From NCBI GenBank assembly GCA_052388515.1, contig JBQTHZ010000070.1, forward strand, positions 9,924-73,923: a stretch of DNA of 64,000 nt. The letters are read 5' to 3'. Of this stretch, positions 40,723-48,572 are shown in pieces. Source of the stretch: Chloroflexota bacterium (GTDB lineage: Bacteria > Chloroflexota > Limnocylindria > QHBO01). The notes below the pieces were generated by a model. That model was given only the letters and a program-made list of their open reading frames with translations, made no database searches and was not told the DNA's origin. Position numbers and translations under genes: made by a program. Numbering within the stretch: position 1 is the first letter of the stretch; each line of letters starts with the position of its first letter.

Positions 40723-41697
40723 ATGACGGCCGAGGCGCGCCCGACGCCAACCACCTTCTATCGCGAGATCGATCGCAACCGGCGGCGGAGCTGGCTCCTC
40801 GTCGCGATCGTGGTCGTCGTGCTCGGCCTGCTCGGCGGCGCCATCGGCTACGCCACCGGCTTCGGTTGGGGCGGCGTGGTGTTCGCCCTGGTCGTTGCCG
40901 TGGTCATGAGCGTCGGAACCTTCTTTGCCGGCGACGCGCTCGTGATGGCCACCAGCGGCGCGCGCGAAGTCGATCGCGCCAGGCCGGCGGATCGGTATCA
41001 GCAGTTCGTCAACGTCGCGGAGGAGATGCGACTGGCGGGTGGGCTGCCGCCACCGCGCCTCTGGGTGATCGAGGACTCCGCCCCGAATGCCTTCGCCACG
41101 GGGCGCGACCCGGAGCATGCGTCCGTGGCGGTCACCACCGGACTGCTGGACAAGCTCGATCGTGAGCAGCTCCAGGGCGTCATCGGTCACGAGATGAGCC
41201 ACATCGGCAACCTCGACATCCGCTTCACGCTGCTGGTGGGGGTGCTGGTCGGGAGCATCGCGCTGCTCGCCGATTGGTTCCTGCGCTTCACGTTCTGGGG
41301 AGGCGGACGGCGCAGCAATGACTCGGAACGCGGCGGCGGCGGGGGAGCGATGGCGCTCCTCTTCATCCTCGCCCTCGTCCTGGCGGTGGTGGCGCCGCTC
41401 ATCGGCCGTCTCGTCCAGGCAGCCGTCAGCCGTACGCGAGAGAGCCTCGCCGACGCGACCGCGGTCGAACTCACACGCAACCCGGTCGGCCTCGCCCGTG
41501 CGCTCCGCACGATCAGCGACGATCGAGAGGTGCTCGAGGTCGCCAACCGAGCCACGCAGCACCTCTACATTGTGAACCCGATCAAGTCGTTCGAAGAGCG
41601 CGCCAAGTCGCTGTGGGACACCCATCCGCCGATCGGAGAGCGAATCCGTGCCCTCGAGAGCATCGCCGGACGGATGGGCCTTACGCCGTCCGAGTGA
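40723..41697 (+). CDS. htpX: M48-family zinc metalloprotease (HtpX-like)
   Basis: HEMSHIGNLD zinc motif and 4 TM segments. Typical LemA-M48 gene pairing. Confidence 0.9.
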   Translation: MTAEARPTPTTFYREIDRNRRRSWLLVAIVVVVLGLLGGAIGYATGFGWGGVVFALVVAVVMSVGTFFAGDALVMATSGAREVDRARPADRYQQFVNVAEEMRLAGGLPPPRLWVIEDSAPNAFATGRDPEHASVAVTTGLLDKLDREQLQGVIGHEMSHIGNLDIRFTLLVGVLVGSIALLADWFLRFTFWGGGRRSNDSERGGGGGAMALLFILALVLAVVAPLIGRLVQAAVSRTRESLADATAVELTRNPVGLARALRTISDDREVLEVANRATQHLYIVNPIKSFEERAKSLWDTHPPIGERIRALESIAGRMGLTPSE

Positions 41698-41739
41698 TGT
41701 TCGAAGGCGTCGGGGTCGCGGGACCGAGGCTGATCGCCG

Positions 41740-42159
41740 ATGCCGCGATCCGTTGACCGCGGGACCACGACCGAGCGGGCCCTGGCGATCCATCGAGCGC
41801 ATGGCGCAGGAATTTCACCGTCGGGCGCGATTCTCGCGCTCCATGACCTCGCTGCGTGCCCGACGTGCGCCCCGAGGCGCGGCTCAGGCTCCCCGGTGCT
41901 CGATGCATCGCGGGAATCGCGCCGCAACCGAAGGCCCGGCGCGCCTGGCTCGACAGATCGAGACGACGTCGAGGGAGGCGTGCCGGCCGTCGAGCGAGTC
42001 CGCAGCGGCGATTCGACGCTCAACGCGGCTGACGGAATTGCCGGACTCGGGGCTCGAGCCACGTCCATCGATGTGATCGATGGATGGCAGGTTGTGCGCT
42101 CGCCCGACGAGGAGAGGTTGCGGGCACCGTACCGCATCGGTATCCTTGCGACCGCCTGA
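41740..42159 (+). CDS. possible hypothetical protein
   Basis: This is the best of three overlapping frames in a 509-nt gap, with moderately G/C-rich third positions. No motif and no SD. It may be non-coding. Confidence 0.25.
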   Translation: MPRSVDRGTTTERALAIHRAHGAGISPSGAILALHDLAACPTCAPRRGSGSPVLDASRESRRNRRPGAPGSTDRDDVEGGVPAVERVRSGDSTLNAADGIAGLGARATSIDVIDGWQVVRSPDEERLRAPYRIGILATA

Positions 42160-42206
42160 TGCGAGAGCCGCGGAGGGGAGCTGAGCAGCCCTCAGCGACG
42201 ATCGGC

Positions 42207-42282
42207 GCCGAGGTAGCTCAGTCGGTAGAGCACCGCCCTGAAGAGGCGGGTGTCGTCAGTTCGATTCTGACCCTCGGCACCA
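42207..42282 (+). tRNA. tRNA-Phe (anticodon GAA)
   Basis: Acceptor GCCGAGG/CCTCGGC, anticodon arm CCGCC-CTGAAGA-GGCGG, encoded CCA. Confidence 0.92.
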
Positions 42283-42311
42283 GCACTGCGGTATCATCGG
42301 GTGACAAGCGG

Positions 42312-42387
42312 GCGGAAGTGGCTCAGTTGGTAGAGCATCACCTTGCCAAGGTGAGGGTCGCGGGTTCGAGTCCCGTCTTCCGCTCCA
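42312..42387 (+). tRNA. tRNA-Gly (anticodon GCC)
   Basis: Acceptor GCGGAAG/CTTCCGC, anticodon arm TCACC-TTGCCAA-GGTGA, encoded CCA. Confidence 0.92.
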
Positions 42388-42443
42388 TTTTCGTGTCCGG
42401 CTGGCTACAGTCACGGCTGACCTGCTAGCGTGAGACGAGGCGT

Positions 42444-42517
42444 TGCCCCGTCGTCTAGTGGTAGGACAGCGGACTTTGGATCCGTGAACCGAGGTTCGAA
42501 TCCTCGCGGGGCAGCCA
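42444..42517 (+). tRNA. tRNA-Gln (anticodon TTG)
   Basis: Acceptor TGCCCCG/CGGGGCA, anticodon arm GCGGA-CTTTGGA-TCCGT, encoded CCA. Confidence 0.9.
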
Positions 42518-42532
42518 GCCGGCCTGTCGTGT

Positions 42533-42607
42533 GGCGACGTGCCCGAGTGGTTCAGGGAGCGGTCTGCAAAACCGCGTACACGGGTTCGATTCCCGTCGTC
42601 GCCTCCA
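42533..42607 (+). tRNA. tRNA-Cys (anticodon GCA)
   Basis: Acceptor GGCGACG/CGTCGCC, anticodon arm GCGGT-CTGCAAA-ACCGC, encoded CCA. Confidence 0.9.
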
Positions 42608-42689
42608 CATCCTTCCGAGCCTGCCGGGTCCTGCCGGCGGATGATGCGGTCGCCGCGAACGCCGGGACGCGTGGTGCGTTAGTACTGGT

Positions 42690-43184
42690 ATGGGGTACTA
42701 CGGTCCGGCAAGCACCCTGGTTGATCGCTTGATTGCTCGCGCCGGTTCGCTGTCGATCGACGAGGCACTCGACATCTACCGCGCCCACGGCGCGCGCGTT
42801 CTCCAGAAGGGGGCGGCTGCCGAACGCGAAGCGCTCCTGCACGCGCGACGAGCTGCGAGGGCGGCACGGCTCCATCCGGAATACGAGGCGGCCCGCCAGG
42901 CAGCGGCGACATCATGGCGTCGCGCGCTCCCCGAAACCCAGGGCCCATGGTTGATGGTGGGATCGGCCATCGCCAATGCCGCCGGTGCCCTCGTTGTCGA
43001 GGCTGGTCTCGAAGAGGACCCGTTTCAGCTGCTCATCGGTCCATGGCGGCAGGCGATCGGCCCCCTCATGCCGGTCGGCCCGGGCGATGGTGCGGGCACC
43101 GGACGCTGGCAGCGCATCCGGGCGATCGATCGCCGTGTGACCTCCGATCCGGCAGCCGGCAGACCCGACCTCGCCAGGCGGTGA
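42690..43184 (+). CDS. hypothetical protein
   Basis: 164-aa ORF between tRNA genes with helical, Ala/Arg-rich but protein-like composition. No family recognised. Confidence 0.55.
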   Translation: MGYYGPASTLVDRLIARAGSLSIDEALDIYRAHGARVLQKGAAAEREALLHARRAARAARLHPEYEAARQAAATSWRRALPETQGPWLMVGSAIANAAGALVVEAGLEEDPFQLLIGPWRQAIGPLMPVGPGDGAGTGRWQRIRAIDRRVTSDPAAGRPDLARR

Positions 43185-43233
43185 TTTCGCGCGCATGAGG
43201 CCGGGCAGCAGGGCGGGTACACTCGGCGGCGGC

Positions 43234-43317
43234 GCCGGAGTGGCGGAATGGCAGACGCAGCCGGCTTAAACCCGGCAGCCGAAAGGCGTGGGGGTTCGAG
43301 TCCCTCCTCCGGCACCA
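43234..43317 (+). tRNA. tRNA-Leu (anticodon TAA)
   Basis: Acceptor GCCGGAG/CTCCGGC, anticodon arm GCCGG-CTTAAAC-CCGGC, long variable arm, encoded CCA. A TACACT box lies 10 nt upstream. Confidence 0.9.
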
Positions 43318-43335
43318 TGCCTGGAGCGGCGCGCA

Positions 43336-43542
43336 TCACGCATCGTCGCGGCCGCGAGGCTGTCGTGCCTCCTCGCCGGGCGGATCCTCTCCAGGCTGAG
43401 TGACGCGCGGATCGGCGTAGTCGGACGGATCGGGGTCCGCAGCGCCGCCGCCCATCTCAGGATGTGCATCGTCCGGGCCCTTTCCGGCCCGTCGTTCCAG
43501 CGTGTCGTCGTCGTCCATGCATGGAGGCACCGCAGGCTGCAT
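43336..43542 (-). CDS. possible small acidic Pro-rich protein downstream of the CpaE-like gene
   Basis: 68-aa ORF starting 7 nt after the CpaE-like stop (MQPAVPPCMDDDDTLERR..). Third-position GC is moderately high. No homolog recognised. It may be spurious. Confidence 0.25.
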   Translation of the reverse strand: MQPAVPPCMDDDDTLERRAGKGPDDAHPEMGGGAADPDPSDYADPRVTQPGEDPPGEEARQPRGRDDA

Positions 43543-43548
43543 GCCGTG

Positions 43549-44781
43549 TCAGCGACGGCTGAAGATGCCCCGGCGCGCCCGCTTCCCGGTGGGCGCTGCC
43601 TGGTGCTGCTCGATGCCGATGACCGCCTGCGCCACCCTGCGGAGCGCCAGGGTGGCCGGCGAGAGCGGCCGGCCGATGACGAGCGGGACGCCCTCGTTGA
43701 CCGATCGGATCATCTCCACCTCGGTGTATGGGACCTCCGCCGCCGGCTTCGTCCGGAGCAGGTTCTCGACGTCCCGCGTTTTCAGCAGCTCCTTCGGGAA
43801 GACGTGGTTGACCACGATCGCGGCGCGCGCCTGGAGCGGCGTCGTCTCGGCCAGGAATGTCATCAGCATGCTCATCGCGCGGAGGGCGGCGATCTCGGGG
43901 AAGAGGACGAAGACGTGGGCATCGGCCTGCTCGAGCAGCCAGACGGCGCGCGGGTCGAGCCGGCTGCCGAGGTCGACGATGATGTGATCGAACGACGGAC
44001 GCATGAGCTCGAAGATGCGCTCGAGGTGCTCGAGCGTGACCCGGAAGTCGGCCTCGGGCCGGACGGGTGCCGCGAGCACGACGAGCCCGGACGAATGCGT
44101 CGTCAGGTACATGCGGGCGAGCTCGGGATCGGCGAGCGCCTGCTCGTCGGTGGCCAGGCCGGCGAGGTCATAGCGAGGCGTGAGGTTGAGATGCGTGGCG
44201 ACCTGGCCGAACTGCAGGTCCAGGTCGACGAGCAGCACGCGCGAGGGCGGGAATCCGCCACCCTCGGCATGCGCCTGGCCGGAGCTCGAGCTGCCGCCGC
44301 CGGCGAGGAGGACAGCCGTGTTGACGGCGAGCGTGGTGGTTCCCACGCCGCCCTTCGGGCTGAAGAAGGCCACGATCTCGGCACTGCCCGAATGCGACGT
44401 CGCGTCGAGCTGGATCTTGCCTGCCCGGATGAGCTGCGCCATCACCCGGCCCTCGAGCTCGCTGCGAGCGAAGCCGCCGACGATGACGTCATCGGCTCCC
44501 GCTTCGAGGAAGGCGATCCGAGCCTCGACATCCTGTGCAGGGGCGACGACCAGGATGGGGGTGACGCCATTCCCGCCGGCGGTCCGCAGTGACGCGATCG
44601 CACCGGAGACCGCGAGACCCTCGGCGACGATCAGGTCGAAGCTCCTGGCGCGCATGGCAGCCACGGCGTCGGCCGGCGAGCCGACCGACGCCGTGATGTA
44701 ACCGACCTCGGCAAGTGCTGTTTCGAGCTCGACGAGCACGGTGGCTTCGCGTGCGCAGATGAGGATCGGATTGGACGGCAT
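43549..44781 (-). CDS. CpaE/TadZ-like protein: degenerate receiver domain fused to a ParA/MinD-type ATPase
   Basis: The N-terminal REC-like fold lacks the acidic pocket (ILICAREA; DLIVAEG; VVAPA; VIVGGF). The ATPase has an atypical Walker A, FFSPKGGVGTTTLAVN, and LLVDLDLQFG. Confidence 0.85.
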   Translation of the reverse strand: MPSNPILICAREATVLVELETALAEVGYITASVGSPADAVAAMRARSFDLIVAEGLAVSGAIASLRTAGGNGVTPILVVAPAQDVEARIAFLEAGADDVIVGGFARSELEGRVMAQLIRAGKIQLDATSHSGSAEIVAFFSPKGGVGTTTLAVNTAVLLAGGGSSSSGQAHAEGGGFPPSRVLLVDLDLQFGQVATHLNLTPRYDLAGLATDEQALADPELARMYLTTHSSGLVVLAAPVRPEADFRVTLEHLERIFELMRPSFDHIIVDLGSRLDPRAVWLLEQADAHVFVLFPEIAALRAMSMLMTFLAETTPLQARAAIVVNHVFPKELLKTRDVENLLRTKPAAEVPYTEVEMIRSVNEGVPLVIGRPLSPATLALRRVAQAVIGIEQHQAAPTGKRARRGIFSRR

Positions 44782-44982
44782 GGCGTTCCGCGGCGGATTG
44801 GATGGATCGCCGAGTATAGGGGGATGAGCCCGCTGTCACGACGCGGTCCTCTTCCGGTATACTGCCCGGGCGCCTCCAGGTCAGGGGGCGCGGCTCGCGA
44901 CGATGACCCGAGCCCCTTTCTGCCGCGTCTCCGGCGCCCGCCGCTGACGCCGCAATCCCAGAGAGAGGAGACGACGCCGATC

Positions 44983-45555
44983 ATGCGCCGTTACGAACTC
45001 ATGCTCCTGCTCCGCCCGGACCTGGAGGACGACAAGCTCCAGGCGGCCGTCGAGAAGGTCACCCGCGCCATCGTCAACGCCGGCGGCAGCCTGAGCAAGG
45101 TCTCGCCGTGGGGCAAGCGCCGCCTGGCCTACGACATCAAGCGCCACCGCGAGGCCAGCTACTTCCTGATCCACTTCGATATCGAGCCCTCGCAGGTGCG
45201 CGAGATCGAACGCGGCATGCTGATCAGCGAGGAGATCCTGCGTCACCTCGTCACCGTGCTCGAGGACCGCGGGCCTGCGGATGAGCTCGCACCCGCCGCG
45301 GTGGCGCGCAGCGTCGACGAGGACGGCACCGATGACGACGCCGGCACGCAGGGCGCGGTCTCGGCGGACGCGCCGGGCGCCAGCGCCACGGCCACGGCCA
45401 CAGCCGTCGCCGCCGATGCAGCCGAGGAGGAGCTCGCCATGTCCGACGATGCGTCGAACGACGAGGACACGAGCAGCGACACCTCTGACGACACGTCGGA
45501 CGACGAGGTCGAACGCGCGGCCGCGCCGGCCGACGAGGAGCGCGCCGAGGCCTGA
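44983..45555 (+). CDS. rpsF: 30S ribosomal protein S6 with long acidic C-terminal extension
   Basis: Start MRRYELMLLLRPDLEDD is preceded by GAGAGAGGAG. The S6 core is ~95 aa, followed by ~95 aa of D/E/S/T/A-rich tail. Confidence 0.9.
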   Translation: MRRYELMLLLRPDLEDDKLQAAVEKVTRAIVNAGGSLSKVSPWGKRRLAYDIKRHREASYFLIHFDIEPSQVREIERGMLISEEILRHLVTVLEDRGPADELAPAAVARSVDEDGTDDDAGTQGAVSADAPGASATATATAVAADAAEEELAMSDDASNDEDTSSDTSDDTSDDEVERAAAPADEERAEA

Positions 45556-45579
45556 GCCTCGGGCGAGAAAGGAGCCGCC

Positions 45580-46038
45580 ATGACACTCAACAAGATGATG
45601 CTCATCGGCAACCTCGGCGCCGATCCCGAGCTGCGGTACACGCCGAGCGGAAAGGCGGTGACCGACCTGCGCGTCGCGGTGAATGACAACCGGAAGGGCC
45701 CCGACGGCGAGTGGATCGAGGAGACGCTCTGGTTCCGCGTCAGCGTGTGGGAGCAGCAGGCGGAGCGTCTCGCCGAGCAGTTGCGCAAGGGAAACAAGAT
45801 CTACGCCGAAGGGCAGCTGCGCGCCCGAGAGTACGAGGGCCGAGACGGACAGACGCGCACGTCGCTGGAGCTTGCGTTTGCACGCGTGGTGAACCTCGAG
45901 CGCCGGCCGCGCGATGAGGGAGCCGGCGGTGGCGAGGGCTCGTACGGCGACGCCCCACCGCAGGTTCGCCCGCGCGGCGCGGAGGCGCGCTCATCGGCTC
46001 CCGGCGCCGAGATGGACGTCGACGACATTCCCTTCTAG
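45580..46038 (+). CDS. ssb: single-stranded DNA-binding protein
   Basis: OB fold MMLIGNLGADPELRYTPSG, a Gly-rich linker and the C-terminal acidic tip DVDDIPF. Confidence 0.93.
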   Translation: MTLNKMMLIGNLGADPELRYTPSGKAVTDLRVAVNDNRKGPDGEWIEETLWFRVSVWEQQAERLAEQLRKGNKIYAEGQLRAREYEGRDGQTRTSLELAFARVVNLERRPRDEGAGGGEGSYGDAPPQVRPRGAEARSSAPGAEMDVDDIPF

Positions 46039-46074
46039 TCATTCACACCAGATCCACGAGGACCGATACCGACC

Positions 46075-46344
46075 ATGGCCAGTCCACGATCCCGCCGCGA
46101 GTCGGCGGACTACTACCGCGACCGCCGGCGGCGCAAGGTCTGCAACTTCTGCGTCGACAAGGCGGAGAGCATCGACTACAAGGAGGTCAACCGCCTCCGT
46201 CGCTACCTCAGCGAGCGCGCCAAGATCGAGCCGCGACGCAAGACGGGCACCTGCGCCCGCCATCAGCGGATGCTGACAACCGCGCTGAAGCGAGCCCGCC
46301 ACGTGGCGCTCCTGCCCTACGCCCCACAGCACCTTCGCCCATAG
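46075..46344 (+). CDS. rpsR: 30S ribosomal protein S18
   Basis: [29 protein letters not shown] motif. Sits in the conserved rpsF-ssb-rpsR order. Confidence 0.93.
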   Translation: MASPRSRRESADYYRDRRRRKVCNFCVDKAESIDYKEVNRLRRYLSERAKIEPRRKTGTCARHQRMLTTALKRARHVALLPYAPQHLRP

Positions 46345-46398
46345 CTCCCGGCATCCGCCGAGTTGACGGGCGGCCGGTCTCTCGGCAACACTCGCACA

Positions 46399-46503
46399 GC
46401 CCGAGGGGGAGTATCCCCTGATAGGTGTCATCGTCAGGACGTCGGGATGATCCCGTCCGGTGGCATCGGCCGATCCGCGCAGCGGTCGGGAGAGACCTTC
46501 GGC
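46399..46503 (+). promoter_or_regulatory. yybP-ykoY-like (manganese) riboswitch aptamer candidate
   Basis: CCGAGG-GGGAGUA near the 5' end and GGGAGAGACCUUCGG at the 3' end resemble the conserved GGGGAGUAG and AGACC P1-flanking elements. A putative promoter TTGACG-N18-AACACT (46363-46392) places the TSS at the aptamer start. The downstream gene is terC, a classic yybP-ykoY target. Confidence 0.6.
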
Positions 46504-46524
46504 CATCCGTAGGAGGCCGTCTCG

Positions 46525-47469
46525 TTGCCCGACATCATCTCGTGGGTCATCTTCACCGTCGCGATCTTCGGGTTGCTGGCGCTCGACCTGTTCGTCTTCC
46601 ACCGCGATGCGAAGCCCGTGCGCATGCGCGAGGCGGGCGTCTGGGTCGGGGTCTGGGTCGCGCTCGGCCTTGCGTTCGGCGCTTGGATCTTCCTGACGCG
46701 CGGCGCGACGAGCGGCGGCGAGTACCTCGCCGGCTACCTCATCGAGTACTCGCTCTCGATGGACAACGTCTTCGTCTTCGCCGTCCTGTTCAGCTACTTC
46801 GGCGTGCCGGCCGCCTACCAGCATCGGCTTCTCTTCTGGGGAGTCCTGGGCGCCATCGTCTTTCGGGCCATCTTCATCGTGGGTGGAATTGCGCTCCTCG
46901 AGCGCTTTCATTTCGTTGTCTACCTGTTCGGCCTGCTCCTGCTCTTCACCGCCTGGCGCATGGTCACCGCCGGAACCGACAACGTGGATCCGGACAAGAA
47001 CGTCTTCCTGCGCCTCATCCGGCGCGTGATACCGGTCACGGATGAGTTCGTGGGACAGAGCTTCTTCACGCGCCGCAATGGCAAGCTGTGGGCGACGCCG
47101 CTCTTCGCGGCCCTCGTGGTCATCGAGACCAGCGACATCATGTTCGCTATCGACAGCGTGCCGGCGATCCTGGCCATCACCACCGACACGTTCATCGTGT
47201 TCACGTCGAACGCCTTCGCGATCATGGGACTGCGATCGCTCTACTTCCTCCTGGCAGGCCTCATCGATCGCTTCGAGTACCTGAAGTACGGGCTGGCCGC
47301 CCTGCTTGCGTTCGCCGGGGTCAAGATGCTCCTGAGCGACGTCTTCCACATCGACGTGTGGGTCTCGCTGGGCATCATCGTCGCGATCCTCGGCTCGTCG
47401 ATCGTCGTCTCATTGGTCGCGACGCGGGATCGCCATCTGCCGGACGCGTCGCCGCCCGAACCCGGCTGA
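46525..47469 (+). CDS. terC: TerC-family integral membrane protein
   Basis: TTG start 8 nt after AGGAGG. YSLSMDNVFVF motif and a multi-TM profile. Confidence 0.9.
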   Translation: MPDIISWVIFTVAIFGLLALDLFVFHRDAKPVRMREAGVWVGVWVALGLAFGAWIFLTRGATSGGEYLAGYLIEYSLSMDNVFVFAVLFSYFGVPAAYQHRLLFWGVLGAIVFRAIFIVGGIALLERFHFVVYLFGLLLLFTAWRMVTAGTDNVDPDKNVFLRLIRRVIPVTDEFVGQSFFTRRNGKLWATPLFAALVVIETSDIMFAIDSVPAILAITTDTFIVFTSNAFAIMGLRSLYFLLAGLIDRFEYLKYGLAALLAFAGVKMLLSDVFHIDVWVSLGIIVAILGSSIVVSLVATRDRHLPDASPPEPG

Positions 47470-47549
47470 AGTCCGAGGATCGGGGTGGCACGGGTATACT
47501 TTGCCGCGCCAATGATCGGCGCCGCGCGCTGAGCCTTCAGGAGGACGCC

Positions 47550-48512
47550 TTGTTGGAGCAGGAGAACCGAACGCAGACCACGTCGGTGGAGACCACCACC
47601 GAGCTGTGGGCGTTCTTCCGCGGCAGCTTCGTGCCGTTGCGGGACGCGAACATCAACGTGATGACGCACGGCTTCAACTATGGGACCGCAGTCTTCGAGG
47701 GGATCCGCGCCTACTGGAACGCCGACGAGGAGCAGCTCTTCGCGCTCGAGCTGGTCCCGCACTACCAGCGGATCCGTGCCTCGGCACGGCTGCTGATGAT
47801 GGAGATCGGGCAGTCGGCGGAGGAGCTCGCCGAGATCACGCTCGAGCTGCTGCGCAGGGATGGCCTGCGGGAGGACGTCTACCTGCGGCCGATCATCTAC
47901 AAGAGCTCGGAGACGATCGGCGTGCGGCTCCACAACCTCGACGCCGATATCACCATCTTCGGCGTTCCCTTCGGGCAGTACATCGATACCGAGGGCGGCA
48001 TCCGAGCCCAGGTGAGCAGCTGGCGCCGGACCGATGACAACTCGATCCCGGCACGCGGCAAGATCACCGGCGCGTATGTCAATGGCGCGCTCGCGAAGAG
48101 CGAGGCCCAGCTCAACGGCTTCGACGAAGCTATCGTGCTGACCGCGGACGGCCACGTCAGCGAAGGAAGCGCCGAGAACCTGTTCATCGTGAAGCGCGGG
48201 ACACTCATCACGCCGCCGGTCACCGACAACATCCTCGAGGGCATCACCCGCGCCCGGCTCATGGAGATCGCACGCGACGACCTGGAGATCGAAGTGATCG
48301 AGCGCCCGATCGACCGCACGGAGCTGTACGGAGCCGACGAAGTGTTCCTCTGCGGCACCGGTGCGCAGATCAGCCCTGTCATCGAGATCGATCGGCGCAG
48401 CGTCGGCGGAGGACGCCCGGGCGAGGTCACGAAGAGCCTGTCGCGGACCTACTTCGACGCGGTCCGCGGACGTCTGCCCGCCTATCGCGCCTGGCTGACC
48501 CCGGTGTACTAG
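47550..48512 (+). CDS. ilvE: branched-chain amino acid aminotransferase
   Basis: TTG start (47550 or 47553) after AGGAGGA. Motifs FNYGTAVFEGIRAY and EGSAENLFIV. The upstream part of the 474-aa track ORF overlaps terC and is rejected. Confidence 0.9.
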   Translation: MLEQENRTQTTSVETTTELWAFFRGSFVPLRDANINVMTHGFNYGTAVFEGIRAYWNADEEQLFALELVPHYQRIRASARLLMMEIGQSAEELAEITLELLRRDGLREDVYLRPIIYKSSETIGVRLHNLDADITIFGVPFGQYIDTEGGIRAQVSSWRRTDDNSIPARGKITGAYVNGALAKSEAQLNGFDEAIVLTADGHVSEGSAENLFIVKRGTLITPPVTDNILEGITRARLMEIARDDLEIEVIERPIDRTELYGADEVFLCGTGAQISPVIEIDRRSVGGGRPGEVTKSLSRTYFDAVRGRLPAYRAWLTPVY

Positions 48513-48572
48513 GAGGCGCGTCGCGACGGCCGGGTCTCACCCGCAGCCGGCCACGTCGCCGGCCTGACGACG

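Noticed and set aside
41565-42137. ORFs 41565..42137 (-) and 41648..42076 (+) in the htpX-tRNA gap
   Set aside because: Both have Ser/Arg/Pro-rich artefact composition. Only the 41740 frame is kept, at low confidence.
43288-44592. 434-aa plus-strand ORF opposite the CpaE-like gene
   Set aside because: It starts inside tRNA-Leu(TAA) and has no motifs. The minus-strand frame has receiver and ParA-like features.
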